The translations under genes and the position numbers were made by a program. A stretch of DNA of 43,874 bases, taken from a virus. Shown here one piece after another: positions 14,334 through 23,834 of this stretch (the stretch's first letter is position 1; each line of letters starts with the position of its first letter). Where the stretch lies: IMG/VR virus record IMGVR_UViG_3300034069_000526, positions 1-43,874 of that record, one strand, 5' to 3'. Below the pieces are notes generated by a model. The model was not told where the DNA came from. It saw only the letters and a list, made by a program, of their open reading frames with translations, and did no database searches.

Positions 14334-16531
14334 CGACAGGCCCTGACGACACCAAGGTCGACACGCAGACAGTGGCGTTCGTTGAGCTACACGAACAGGC
14401 CATGCGCCGGTTCGACGCTGCCGTCCTTCCGCAGCTTCCGGTACGCGAGCTTGCCCTAGCCGCCCGCCGCTTCGCTGATGTGCCTGGCGCAATGTGGGAA
14501 GGCGCTGCCGGCGATCAGTACGGCGACAGCATCAAGCTTGAGTTCCCCAAGCTCCGCAAGGCGCTCCGCAAGCTCAAGAACGACATCCAGCAGAATCGTG
14601 TGGTGCCCGACTTTCGTCCGGCTGGTGGAACTAGCGACAACGACACGGCTGACACGCTAGACGGCATGCACCGGGCCGACAGCTACCATTTCAAGTCACA
14701 GCAGGCTCGTGACAACGCATCGGACGAGGCCAGCAAGGGCGGGTTTGGTGCGTATCGGTTGAGTAACGAATGGGCCGACCCGCTCGACAAGGACAACGAC
14801 CACCAGCGGGTCAATCCGGCCTCGCTAATCGCCGACGCAGATCAGAGCGTGTTCTTCGGCCCGTCTGCCCTGTATGACAAGAGTGACGCTCCCTATGCGT
14901 TCGTCATTGTCGCCATGTCGCCCGAGGCGTTCAAGGACGAATACGGCGATGACAAGGCTGTGTCATGGCCCGATAGCGGGTATCGTTCGGGTTACGATGG
15001 CTGGTTCCGCGGCGATACGGTGGCTGTCGCTGAGTACTACGTGGTCGAGGACAAGGACGAGTATGTCCTGATCTTTGAGCAGGAAACCAGCGGCGAGGAA
15101 GTGCGCCATTGGGAGAAGGACCTAGACGCCACCGACCGCAAGGCGCTGAGGGATCGGGGCTACACGGAGCGCCGTCGCAAGGCCAAGCGCAAGCGGTGTC
15201 GCAAGTATATCCTGTCCGGTGCTGAGGTGCTGGAAGATTGCGGCTACATCGCTGGTGGCAATATCCCGATCGTGCCCGTGTACGGTGAGCGGGCCTATGT
15301 CGACGGTGTCGAGTGGTTCCGCGGGCTGGTGCAGCAGAACATGGATATGGTGCGCGTGTTCAATGCGGTCATGTCCAACCTGTACGAGATCACGACCTTG
15401 GCGCCTTACGAGCGGCCGATCTTCGCGCCAGAGCAGATGCCGCCTAACCTTGCCGAGCAGTGGGCGCGCGGGAACATCGATCGCCACCCGTATGCGTTGG
15501 TGAACCCGTTGATCGACCCGAACACCGGCAGCATTGTCGCGGCTGGCAAGGTCGACAAGGTCGAGGCGCCGCAGGTCCCGGCTACGCTCGCAGCCATGGT
15601 GCAGATGCTGGAATCGCAGTTCGGCGAGGACGACCAAGACCCCGATCAGGTCAAGGCCAACACGTCAGCCGATGCAATGGACATTGCCGCGGCTCGGGTT
15701 GATGCGAAGTCGGGTGTGTACCTTGATGCGATCCGCCAGTCTGCTCAGCGCGAGGGCGAACTGTACCTTGGCATGGTATGCGAGGTGTATGTAGAGCCGG
15801 AGCGCGAGGTCGAGACGATGACTGAGGACGGCGACGACGGCGTTGCCACGCTCCACGAGGATTACAGCGACAACGGCGAACTGAAGGTCCGCAACAACTT
15901 CGCTGTAGGCAAGTACAAGGTCATGGCCAGCGTGACGGAGGCGACGGCCACGCGCCGCGATCGTACCGTCAAGCAAATGCTCACGGTTGCCGAGTTGGCG
16001 GGGCAGGTTGGCGACCAAGAGGGAGCACAGGCTGCGCTGATTACCGCTGGCATGAACATGGACGGCGAAGGCATCGGCGACTACCAGAAATGGAACCGTC
16101 AACGCGCTTTGAAGCTCCAGCTTGTCGAGCCGAACGAGGACGAGAAGAAGGCTGCGGCAGAGGAAGCGCAACAGCAGCAGCCTGACCCGCAACAGCAGAT
16201 TGTGCAGGCGCAGCTTCAGAAGCTGGCAGCTGAAATTCAGAAGATCACTTCGGATACCGCTTTGAACGAGGCCAAGCGACAAGAGCAGATCGCAAGCAGC
16301 GTGTTGAAGTTTACGCAGTCACAAACGCTGGGCGGACCCGAGCAGGCGCCCGACGTGCCGAGTGGGTTGCAGGCTGCGAACGACCAAGCTGACGTGGTCA
16401 AAAAGTTCGCCGATGCCGACCACGCGACCGCGCAGGCAGCCAAGATCAGGGCCGAACTGCCCATGCAGCGGATACGAATGGGCCACGAGATTGAGGCACA
16501 TCAGGCGGATATGTCGGAGCGCGCCGCATGA
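14330..16531 (+). CDS. P22-type portal protein
   Basis: 733 aa. IAGGNIPIVPVYGERAYVDGVEWFRGLV and PIFAPEQM parallel P22 gp1 [28 protein letters not shown] and PFFWPEQI. Q-rich C-terminal coiled coil as in the P22 barrel. Confidence 0.9.
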   Translation: MTTGPDDTKVDTQTVAFVELHEQAMRRFDAAVLPQLPVRELALAARRFADVPGAMWEGAAGDQYGDSIKLEFPKLRKALRKLKNDIQQNRVVPDFRPAGGTSDNDTADTLDGMHRADSYHFKSQQARDNASDEASKGGFGAYRLSNEWADPLDKDNDHQRVNPASLIADADQSVFFGPSALYDKSDAPYAFVIVAMSPEAFKDEYGDDKAVSWPDSGYRSGYDGWFRGDTVAVAEYYVVEDKDEYVLIFEQETSGEEVRHWEKDLDATDRKALRDRGYTERRRKAKRKRCRKYILSGAEVLEDCGYIAGGNIPIVPVYGERAYVDGVEWFRGLVQQNMDMVRVFNAVMSNLYEITTLAPYERPIFAPEQMPPNLAEQWARGNIDRHPYALVNPLIDPNTGSIVAAGKVDKVEAPQVPATLAAMVQMLESQFGEDDQDPDQVKANTSADAMDIAAARVDAKSGVYLDAIRQSAQREGELYLGMVCEVYVEPEREVETMTEDGDDGVATLHEDYSDNGELKVRNNFAVGKYKVMASVTEATATRRDRTVKQMLTVAELAGQVGDQEGAQAALITAGMNMDGEGIGDYQKWNRQRALKLQLVEPNEDEKKAAAEEAQQQQPDPQQQIVQAQLQKLAAEIQKITSDTALNEAKRQEQIASSVLKFTQSQTLGGPEQAPDVPSGLQAANDQADVVKKFADADHATAQAAKIRAELPMQRIRMGHEIEAHQADMSERAA

Positions 16532-16995
16532 GCGACATGGTCGACCTTTCCGCAAGGCGCTGGGACCAAGAGGACAATCCCGCCAAACACGCTCCTATGG
16601 ATGCGATAAAGGCTGCTGTTCGTGAGATTGAGGCGGACGGCGCTGCCCACGTAATAGTCTGTATCGCACACGAAGGCGAGAATGGCGCTGTAAGCGGTAG
16701 TTGGTATCAAGCTGGCAGCTACACACTCCATGGGCAAATCGGGATGCTTGAGCGCATCAAGGCTGATAGGCAGTTAGGTTCCGCGCACCTCCGCGCACAG
16801 CGCCACCGGCTGCAACAGGTGAGAAACGGAGCGAATATGAACGAACAGCAATTGAGCGTGTGGGCAGCCAATCACGCTATGGATTTGGTGAAAGGCAATC
16901 AAATCGGGTTCGATCAAGTGCCTGACTTACACCGCATCCTTCTTGACCTCGTACGTGCCCCCGATCCCGTTGAGGGAGTCGAAAATAATGGCTGA
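16528..16995 (+). CDS. hypothetical protein (155 aa; internal start MNEQQ possible)
   Basis: ORF track; ATGA overlap with the portal. Confidence 0.55.
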   Translation: MSDMVDLSARRWDQEDNPAKHAPMDAIKAAVREIEADGAAHVIVCIAHEGENGAVSGSWYQAGSYTLHGQIGMLERIKADRQLGSAHLRAQRHRLQQVRNGANMNEQQLSVWAANHAMDLVKGNQIGFDQVPDLHRILLDLVRAPDPVEGVENNG

Positions 16996-17830
16996 GCCGC
17001 ACGAACCCGAAGACGACGTGCTTGAGCTGAACGAGGAGCTTCAGGTCGAGCACGAACCTCGCAACATTGACGATGACACGTACAACGAAACTGGCGAAGG
17101 CGACGAAACCTTCTCGTTCGGCGACGAACCCGAAGCCCCCGAGGAAGCCCCAACGTGGGCAAAGCACCTTCGCAGTGAGCATGCCCGTATTGCCAAGGAG
17201 AACCGCGAGCTACGCCAGCAGGTAGCAGCACGGCAGATCGAGGAAGCGCCGATCGTTGTGGGCCCCCGTCCCAAGGCATGGGATGAAGGCATCGACGGCG
17301 ACGACGAGAAGCTGGACGCCGCTCTTGACGCATGGGAGGCGCAGAAGACTGCGGCTGCCGAGCAGGAGCGCAAGCGGGACGAGGCCAAGCGCCGCCAGAA
17401 TGACGAATGGGGCAAGGTCCAGGCTCGCTACAATGAGGAAAAGGCGCGCATTACCGTTCCCGGCCGCGATGAAGCAGAGAGCGTCGCCCTCGCTGAGTTA
17501 TCCCCGCAACAGCAAGCGGTGATTGCACGCCATGCCGACAACCCTGCCCGCTTCATCATCGCGCTCGGCAAGAACCCGGCCAAGCTGGCGCAGATCGCGA
17601 GTATCGAAGACCCGTTCGCGCTGACCAAAGCCATGACCAAGATGGAGGCGACATTGAAGCAGACCAAGGGGCCGCGACCGCCCGAGCCCAGCCGAACTGT
17701 GCGTGGCGCGCCGATCAGCACGGCCAACACCAACAAGCAGCTTGAGAAGCTGGAAGCCGAAGCCGAAAAGACCGGTAACCGCGACAAGGTGATCGCGTTC
17801 AAGCGCGCACAGAGGGAGAAATCCAAGTGA
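16988..17830 (+). CDS. scaffolding protein
   Basis: ATG 16988 after GAGGGAG; acidic, Ala/Glu/Lys/Arg-rich helical 280-aa protein lying between portal and coat. Confidence 0.7.
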   Translation: MAEPHEPEDDVLELNEELQVEHEPRNIDDDTYNETGEGDETFSFGDEPEAPEEAPTWAKHLRSEHARIAKENRELRQQVAARQIEEAPIVVGPRPKAWDEGIDGDDEKLDAALDAWEAQKTAAAEQERKRDEAKRRQNDEWGKVQARYNEEKARITVPGRDEAESVALAELSPQQQAVIARHADNPARFIIALGKNPAKLAQIASIEDPFALTKAMTKMEATLKQTKGPRPPEPSRTVRGAPISTANTNKQLEKLEAEAEKTGNRDKVIAFKRAQREKSK

Positions 17831-18012
17831 TTACAGTCACATTCACTCAGCTAGGTGACGGCGTCCGCGTCGACGCTGGCGACGGCATCACTGCGCAAAT
17901 GTTTCGGGCATTCAGCGATTTGTGCGGCTATCCAGTAGAAGCCTATGAGGAGGCAGGGCTGCCCGCGTGGAATGACGCCACCCTGTATACCATTGAAAGG
18001 AAAGCCAAGTGA
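17827..18012 (+). CDS. hypothetical small protein (61 aa)
   Basis: ORF track, GTGA overlap. Confidence 0.45.
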   Translation: MITVTFTQLGDGVRVDAGDGITAQMFRAFSDLCGYPVEAYEEAGLPAWNDATLYTIERKAK

Positions 18013-18500
18013 ACGCCGAACCGCTTCGCACGACAACGGAATCCCGCATGGTCAACGAGGGACAGACTAACGCGGGCGGCACCCGTCGCACGGATGAAAG
18101 CGGGAAGCCGTATTACGATCCTGCTCCGCTTAGCGACTACCCCCGCATGCTCTACAAGAAGACGACCGTGGAACAGACGCAGGAGTCGGCCGACGCCATC
18201 GCTGACCTCAAGGACGCGCCGATGGTCATCAACCGGTTCGCCGGCTATCTGTGCGAAACGTGCATCGCTACGAGTGCGACTGAAGCAGAGGCATTGAGCG
18301 AACTAGGCTGGGATATATCGCCACAAGCTGCGCACGGTGTCACCGATGGGCTCGCCAAGACTACCAGCGCCAAGGACGACGAGATTGCCGCGCTTCGTGC
18401 TGCACTCGCGCAGTCGCAGGCCGAAAATGCACAGCTTGACCCCGATCAGCCACCACGTCGTGGCCCCGGTCGCCCACCCAAGGCGCCCGAGCCCGCATAG
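18009..18500 (+). CDS. hypothetical protein with YPRMLY motif and C-terminal AT-hook-like RRGPGRPPK
   Basis: ORF track; GTGA overlap. Confidence 0.55.
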   Translation: MNAEPLRTTTESRMVNEGQTNAGGTRRTDESGKPYYDPAPLSDYPRMLYKKTTVEQTQESADAIADLKDAPMVINRFAGYLCETCIATSATEAEALSELGWDISPQAAHGVTDGLAKTTSAKDDEIAALRAALAQSQAENAQLDPDQPPRRGPGRPPKAPEPA

Positions 18501-18514
18501 TCCTCCATTGGCCG

Positions 18515-18549
18515 TAGCGCGGTGGGGGATTGACCAAACCGTCGCGCTA
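18515..18549 (+). other. hairpin in the 152-nt coat-gene leader (TAGCGCG/CGCGCTA)
   Basis: 7-bp inverted repeat with a 21-nt loop in an unusually long intergenic gap. Confidence 0.3.
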
Positions 18550-18652
18550 TGGCTTAGAGACGGCTGCGCCAAGCAGTACCCTCCCACTGTGAGCGGAGAG
18601 AACGGTCGCGATCGAGCCTGCAGGGCTCTCGTCCATTCTCTAGGAGGCCACA

Positions 18653-19924
18653 TTGGCAAATTCGTTCCCCTACATGATCCGGGCCGCGTTCGATGACGTG
18701 GTCGACTCTTTCGAAGATGCGCTGACGTACGGCAACGTCGCCACTCGCATCGACCTCAGCTCCGCGCAGGAGCAGGTTTATACCCGCGACCGCGTATGGA
18801 TTCCGCAGCCGATGATCGGCTCGTCCTATGACGGCTTCGACCAGACCAGCAACTTCGACGGCCTCACGCAGATGTGGGTTCCGGCACAGGTCGGTTTCCA
18901 CAAGGCAAGCCCGAAGAAGCTCTCCGCGAAGGAGATGCGCAACCAGACCGCCGTGGATATGTACTCAAAGGAGGTCAAGACCAAGCTGGCCTCCGACGTA
19001 AACTCGGCGGTTCGTCGGCGTGTTGCGCTTGAGGGTTCGGTGTTCACCAAGCGCACGGTTGCTCCTACCGGCTCGGCTGACCTGTTCCTTGCCAATGCGC
19101 AGATGACGGAAGTGGGCGTGCCCACCGAAGGGCGCGTTGCCATGATCGGCATCCGCGCGGCTGTCGGCATGCTCTCGAACGTCTCCGATCGCCAGACCAT
19201 GGGCAACCTGTCGGCTGATGCGTATCGGGATGCGAAGCTGGCGCCGAACATCGCGACGTTTTCGGTGTACCAGGACGACCAGGCCATCCGTCTTGCTCCG
19301 GCGGCTGGTGGTGCCACGACGGTCAACGGCGCCAACCAGTATTGGGAGCCCGCTGCAACCACCATCCAGACGGACGGTACGGAGAACAACCGCGACAATC
19401 GGTATTCGCCACTGGTCGTGACTGCGACGACGATTGCGGCGGTCAAGCCGGGTGACGCCTTCACCATCGCGGGCGTCAACAGCGTGCACTTGATCTCCAA
19501 GCAGGACACTGGCCAGCTTCAGACGTTCCGCGTGATCTCGGTCAACACGGCGACGAACACGTTGACGGTGGCGCCGGCCATCATCTCGAACGGCGGCAAC
19601 ACGATTGCGGGCCGCGAGTATCAGAACGTCTCGGCCACTCCCGCCAATGGTGCCGCACTGACGTGGCTCAACACGGCGCTGGCGGAACTCAATCCGTACT
19701 TCCTGCGCAGCGCGGTCGGCATCCTGCCGGGCACGTTCGAAGTCGAGCCCGAGGACGGCTGGGAAGTGATGCAGGCCACGACCGAAAAGCTCGGCATCCG
19801 CATCATCTGCACCAAGCAGGGCAACATCAACGATCTCAGCACCAAAATCCGCTGGGACATCGATTTTGGCACCACGCTGACCCAGCCGCAGTTCGCGGGC
19901 GCGATGATGTTCAACCAGACCTGA
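18653..19924 (+). CDS. P22-type major capsid (coat) protein
   Basis: AGGAGG 5 nt upstream of TTG 18653. 423 aa. PGDAFTIAGVNSVHLISKQDTGQLQTFRVISV parallels P22 gp5 [33 protein letters not shown]. Confidence 0.88.
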   Translation: MANSFPYMIRAAFDDVVDSFEDALTYGNVATRIDLSSAQEQVYTRDRVWIPQPMIGSSYDGFDQTSNFDGLTQMWVPAQVGFHKASPKKLSAKEMRNQTAVDMYSKEVKTKLASDVNSAVRRRVALEGSVFTKRTVAPTGSADLFLANAQMTEVGVPTEGRVAMIGIRAAVGMLSNVSDRQTMGNLSADAYRDAKLAPNIATFSVYQDDQAIRLAPAAGGATTVNGANQYWEPAATTIQTDGTENNRDNRYSPLVVTATTIAAVKPGDAFTIAGVNSVHLISKQDTGQLQTFRVISVNTATNTLTVAPAIISNGGNTIAGREYQNVSATPANGAALTWLNTALAELNPYFLRSAVGILPGTFEVEPEDGWEVMQATTEKLGIRIICTKQGNINDLSTKIRWDIDFGTTLTQPQFAGAMMFNQT

Positions 19925-19969
19925 TCCTGATCAAGCGCAGGACGAACCCACTCGTGAAGGATTAGGATC

Positions 19970-20440
19970 ATGGCTACCAAGACGACCAACACCGCCGAAG
20001 CCAACCTGAAGGACAATGCGCCGGAGGGCATGGCGCTTTCCGACAGCGAACTCGCCGCAGCCCGCAAGGATGGCTCCAAGCAGGATGCAACCGAAGTTGC
20101 CAAAGAGACCCACCGGTTCCTGACTGACGGCAACCTGCCGGGCACGCCGCCTAACACGCGCTGGCTTGGGTCGGACGAGATTCTGCCGTGGGCGTTCTAC
20201 CTCGACGGCTCGCTAGACGCGATCAAGGAGGCCGTTAAGGCGGGCGGCATCCCCGACAACAAGCTGTACGGGCTGCTCGCGCTGGAGCGCAACGGCCAGA
20301 ACCGCACCGACTATGTTTCGTACATGGTCGATCAGCTCGGGCTGAAGAAGGACCTTGAGGAGGGCCAGAGCCTCGCTGCCGCGCTTCCTGGCGGTGGTCC
20401 CGACTACACCAACGACACGACCAGCCTGTCCAAGTTGTAA
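19970..20440 (+). CDS. hypothetical virion-module protein (possible decoration/cement protein)
   Basis: ORF track; GAAGGA upstream; directly follows the coat gene. Confidence 0.6.
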   Translation: MATKTTNTAEANLKDNAPEGMALSDSELAAARKDGSKQDATEVAKETHRFLTDGNLPGTPPNTRWLGSDEILPWAFYLDGSLDAIKEAVKAGGIPDNKLYGLLALERNGQNRTDYVSYMVDQLGLKKDLEEGQSLAAALPGGGPDYTNDTTSLSKL

Positions 20441-20446
20441 GTCCAA

Positions 20447-20467
20447 GGGCGGGGTTTCGCCCCGCCC
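20447..20467 (+). terminator. GC-rich hairpin after the coat-proximal genes (GGGCGGGG/CCCCGCCC)
   Basis: 8-bp perfect stem with a 5-nt loop, 6 nt after the stop; no U-tract. Confidence 0.45.
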
Positions 20468-20485
20468 CTCTCGGGGGAGTTGGTT

Positions 20486-21277
20486 GTGGCCGGTGAAGTT
20501 GTTCTAATCGATCCCCAGACAGGATTGTCTTACCGAGCCGGTTCAGGTTCGGGCCCTGCGGCCACTGTGGCTGACCCCTCCTACTCTCGTGTAGAGGGTA
20601 CGCAGGCCAACGGCGCTACGGCCAATCCCAATCCTATCGTCATTGCCTGCCGCACGTCGGCGGGGGTGATCCAGAGCCTTGCTGGCGCCAATGACGCGAA
20701 CGGCACCCCCGGCGCCGGCCTGTTGGGCGCGGGGATGCTGGGGTTTGATGGGACGAACAACCTGTTCCGCCGCTTGGCGGTGGGCCCGAGTGGCGCAGCC
20801 ATCATTGCGGGTAGCTCCGGCACCCCCATCGACAGCACCGTAGGTGCTGACGGTTCGGGGTCATTGCAGGGCCTTGTTGCTGCATCCCGTGGCCAAGTAT
20901 TCAATGGCACTACTTGGGACCGCGCACGCGGCGGCCCCACGGCGAGCGCCCGGCTTGCGTCAACGGCGGCCTCCGTGAATGCCACGCTGGCTTCTGCAAC
21001 GGCCCGCGTGTTCTACGTAGCCACGGGTCAGAACACCAATGCTGCCGCCCGCTACCTCAAGATTTACGACAAGGCGACAGCGCCAACGGTCGGCACCGAC
21101 GTGCCTATCTGGGTCGAGTACCTGCCACCTTCGTCAAAGTTTTCCATCAGTCTGCCCTCACCAATGCGGCTGGCGAACGGTCTGGCTTACGCGATTACCA
21201 CCGGGGTTGCTGACACTGACACGGGCGCCCTCACGGCTGGTGACATTCTCGCGCTCAACCTGGGGTACAGCGCGTGA
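20486..21277 (+). CDS. hypothetical Gly/Ala-rich structural-module protein
   Basis: GTG 20486 is 6 nt after GGGGGAG (track start TTG 20480 abuts the SD). Confidence 0.6.
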   Translation: MAGEVVLIDPQTGLSYRAGSGSGPAATVADPSYSRVEGTQANGATANPNPIVIACRTSAGVIQSLAGANDANGTPGAGLLGAGMLGFDGTNNLFRRLAVGPSGAAIIAGSSGTPIDSTVGADGSGSLQGLVAASRGQVFNGTTWDRARGGPTASARLASTAASVNATLASATARVFYVATGQNTNAAARYLKIYDKATAPTVGTDVPIWVEYLPPSSKFSISLPSPMRLANGLAYAITTGVADTDTGALTAGDILALNLGYSA

Positions 21278-21282
21278 GCGCC

Positions 21283-21780
21283 TTAGCCGAGCGGCTTAAT
21301 GGTAGCAGCGGCATAGTAGGCGCACGCCCTTTTGCGAGCCGTAGGCCGTTCAAGCAAATCCTCGCCTCGGATGCGTTTGCCCGGCACAGGCCACTTGAAG
21401 CGGCGGGTCGCAAGCGTGGCGGCCGAGATGCCCACTTCGGCTGCGAAGTCTACCATGGCAAGTTCCCGCCCCTGCCACAGCACGACAACGTTACTCCTGC
21501 GGTTCCGGTATTGGTCGTGGCGCGTCGCCCAGCGGCAGTTATCAGCCGAGTAAGGACCGTTGTTGTCGATGCGCTCCAAGCTGTGGCCCGCAGAGGGCCG
21601 AGGCCCCATGTCGGCGTAAAAAGTCAGCGGATCGTCTCGCCACTCTTGGCATACAAAGATACCCCTCGCTCCGTAATCTTTGAACCCGCGATGGCTCGGG
21701 TTGTGGCAGCGATAAACCATATCACGGTAGGCGTGCATTTCAGGTGTGCGGCCTAGCCCGGCCATGTCTCTTTTGATCAT
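21283..21780 (-). CDS. HNH/AP2-like homing-endonuclease-family protein, antisense to the late operon
   Basis: YRDMVYRCHNPSHRGFKDYGARGIFVCQEWRDDPLTFYADMGPRPSAGHSLERIDNNGPYSADNCRWATRHDQYRNRR matches a widespread phage family usually annotated as HNH endonuclease. Confidence 0.7.
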   Translation of the reverse strand: MIKRDMAGLGRTPEMHAYRDMVYRCHNPSHRGFKDYGARGIFVCQEWRDDPLTFYADMGPRPSAGHSLERIDNNGPYSADNCRWATRHDQYRNRRSNVVVLWQGRELAMVDFAAEVGISAATLATRRFKWPVPGKRIRGEDLLERPTARKRACAYYAAATIKPLG

Positions 21781-21850
21781 TGTTCCACTCTAGCTTAGCG
21801 GCCCAAGGAACGCAAATTTTATCTCCGACAACTCTTTCCCATTTCGTCGG

Positions 21851-22600
21851 ATGACGGACCCTCTGCTGTTGCCCGTGGGCGCGGTAGGGCAAACGACGCA
21901 AGTGCCCGCTGGCTTCATTCCCGTGGGTGCGTCATCCTTTTTGGTGGTCAACCGCAACCCGTTCTGGGTTCGCCCCAAGGGCTACAGCGGCACGGACGCG
22001 ACTACCAAAGTCATCGGCGCTGACGAGGGTTGGCTGTTCCCGCCGGGCTTCTGGGGCATTTTCACGACGCAGTTCCCCGACGCAATGTCCACGATCGCCG
22101 TGCCGTTTCAGGGATTGGCGGCGGGCAGCGGCGTGCTGGAGATCAGCTACGGAGGAGGCGGCGGCGGGCATAGCACCGGGTTCTTGCCGCCAAACGCTTT
22201 GCAACAGGTGGGCGACAACGGCGGGTCTCTGACCATCGACAGCCCACAACTTCCTGCGTCGATGGGCCAGAAGGCGGCAGCCGCGTCGTCGCCGGTTGTG
22301 CTGGCGAGCGACCAAGGGCCTGTTCCGACTGTTGGCAGGACTGCCGCATTTATCGCGACGGGCCAAGTTCCCGTTGCGCAGTCGGCTACCCTTATTCTCC
22401 CGGCTCGTCCCACGAGACAAGCGGCTGTCATAGGGCCGCTCGCAGCTGGCACATATTTTGTCGGGGGCTCGAATGTCTCTCCGACAACCGGCGTTCCGGT
22501 CGCAAGCGGGGGATACTACACCCATCGGGCTCAAACCGCACTTTACGCCTACATGGTGTCGGGGACGGTGACGCTCGGCTACCTAGACGAGTACAACTGA
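21851..22600 (+). CDS. hypothetical structural-module protein
   Basis: ORF track; no clear SD, so the start is uncertain. Confidence 0.55.
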   Translation: MTDPLLLPVGAVGQTTQVPAGFIPVGASSFLVVNRNPFWVRPKGYSGTDATTKVIGADEGWLFPPGFWGIFTTQFPDAMSTIAVPFQGLAAGSGVLEISYGGGGGGHSTGFLPPNALQQVGDNGGSLTIDSPQLPASMGQKAAAASSPVVLASDQGPVPTVGRTAAFIATGQVPVAQSATLILPARPTRQAAVIGPLAAGTYFVGGSNVSPTTGVPVASGGYYTHRAQTALYAYMVSGTVTLGYLDEYN

Positions 22601-22986
22601 TGGCGGATATTGCTTTCAGCCCCATCGACACGTCAAGCTTCATGCCACGCAGCGAGGCGGAAGCGACGATTGCCAACCTCACCAAGCAGATCAACGACAC
22701 CGGCTTTTTCATCCTCGGAACGGTTACGCTTGCTGAAAGCGCCACAGTAGCAATCAGCGCCGGCACACGGCGCCTCACGATCACCACGCCGACAGCGTGG
22801 AACGTGGTGGCTGGGCAAAACCTGTTGCTATTCCCCGTGTCCGTGCCGAGCGGCGGCTATGCCACGCACGACGTGATCGCCACGGCTGCGAACATCATCT
22901 CCGTGGGACTTACGGCGCCGCTTCTCGCGATCGGTGCCAGCTACAGCATCCCTGCCCGCTTGGCCCGCTTTGGTGTCGCCGCATGA
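22600..22986 (+). CDS. hypothetical structural-module protein
   Basis: ORF track; TGATG overlap. Confidence 0.55.
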   Translation: MADIAFSPIDTSSFMPRSEAEATIANLTKQINDTGFFILGTVTLAESATVAISAGTRRLTITTPTAWNVVAGQNLLLFPVSVPSGGYATHDVIATAANIISVGLTAPLLAIGASYSIPARLARFGVAA

Positions 22987-23801
22987 CCGATCGCCGCATC
23001 GACACACTCATTCCCGACCCCGCGATCCCCGATTTGCAACAGCGCGTTGCTCAGCTTGAGGCAGCTCTCATCAACAGCCAGCAAATTTTGCAGGCTCAGC
23101 TTTCCTCACAAATCACTACAGCCATAGGCGATTTTGATACTGCGCTAGCTAACAAGCAGCCGCTTGACGCGGACTTGTCGCAAATTGCCGCCCAAACCAC
23201 TACTGCGGTTGGGCGTGACCTGCTGGCAGCCACTGACGCGGCATCCATTCGCGCAAAGGCTGGGTTAGGGTCGTTGGCAACCCAAGACGCCGCTGCTGTC
23301 GTCATCACGGGGGGCTCAATCGTGGGTATCACTGACCTCAGTGTCGCCGATGGTGGTACTGGGGCGAGTAACCCAAGCATGGCCCGCGGCAATCTTGGGC
23401 TTGGAACAACGCTCCCCCTCGCAATCAGCGTGGGTGGAACCGGCGATACCGGAACGGCATGGTCGACCTGGACGCCGACCGTGACTCCATCCAGCGGCAC
23501 CTTCACCGCCGTCTCGGCAGCGGGTCGCTACAAGCAGCTGGGCAAGACGGTCTTCTTCAGCGTCCTCGTGTCCATCACGACCAACGGCACCGCTGCCGGC
23601 AACTGGTCCTTCACGGTGCCGGTGGCCGCGAACACCGCCATGACGCAGACCGCAGCCGGCAAGGAGACCGCCGTTGCCGGCTCCGTCGCGAGCGCTCAGT
23701 TTGTGAATGGCACGACCATGGCCGTCGTCCGGTATGACAACGGCTATCTTGGCGGCAACGGCTACAAGGTGGTGGTCAGTGGCGTCTACGAAGCGGCTTG
23801 A
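22983..23801 (+). CDS. fibre-like protein (272 aa)
   Basis: ATG 22983 in ATGA overlap. N-terminal coiled coil; KQPLDADLSQIAAQTTTAVGRDLL and ARGNLGLG fibre motifs shared with 31587..32186. Confidence 0.7.
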   Translation: MTDRRIDTLIPDPAIPDLQQRVAQLEAALINSQQILQAQLSSQITTAIGDFDTALANKQPLDADLSQIAAQTTTAVGRDLLAATDAASIRAKAGLGSLATQDAAAVVITGGSIVGITDLSVADGGTGASNPSMARGNLGLGTTLPLAISVGGTGDTGTAWSTWTPTVTPSSGTFTAVSAAGRYKQLGKTVFFSVLVSITTNGTAAGNWSFTVPVAANTAMTQTAAGKETAVAGSVASAQFVNGTTMAVVRYDNGYLGGNGYKVVVSGVYEAA

Positions 23802-23834
23802 ATAAGCCTCACCGCAGCAAGGAGCAATAGCCGC

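Noticed and set aside
1122-16531. At least twelve proteins end in Ala-Ala (for example GEAA, RKAA, QEAA, EDAA, AEAA, ERAA, KLAA, GVAA, YEAA, EFAA), which resembles an SsrA/ClpX-type C-terminal degron.
   Set aside because: It is largely explained by the ATGA overlap rule, which forces the last sense codon to end in A and favours GCA in GC-rich DNA, together with a general Ala bias. There is no independent evidence for regulated proteolysis.
16528-16995. Splitting the 155-aa ORF into two genes at the internal MNEQQ start (GGAG 5 nt upstream).
   Set aside because: No stop codon separates the halves, so a second product would be an internal initiation at best. It is kept as one CDS with a note.
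18501-18652. A fourth R-family member in the coat-gene leader (GGGGGATTGACCAAACC and GAGACGGCTGCGCC loosely resemble parts of R1).
   Set aside because: The similarity is short and gapped, and there are no GC-rich GCTGCGGCG-type arms. Only the simple hairpin at 18515-18549 is reported.
23150-23300. A diversity-generating retroelement (template/variable repeat pair) involving the two fibre genes.
   Set aside because: No reverse transcriptase is encoded. The similarity between the two loci is at the protein level, with diverged DNA and no adenine-specific mismatch pattern.
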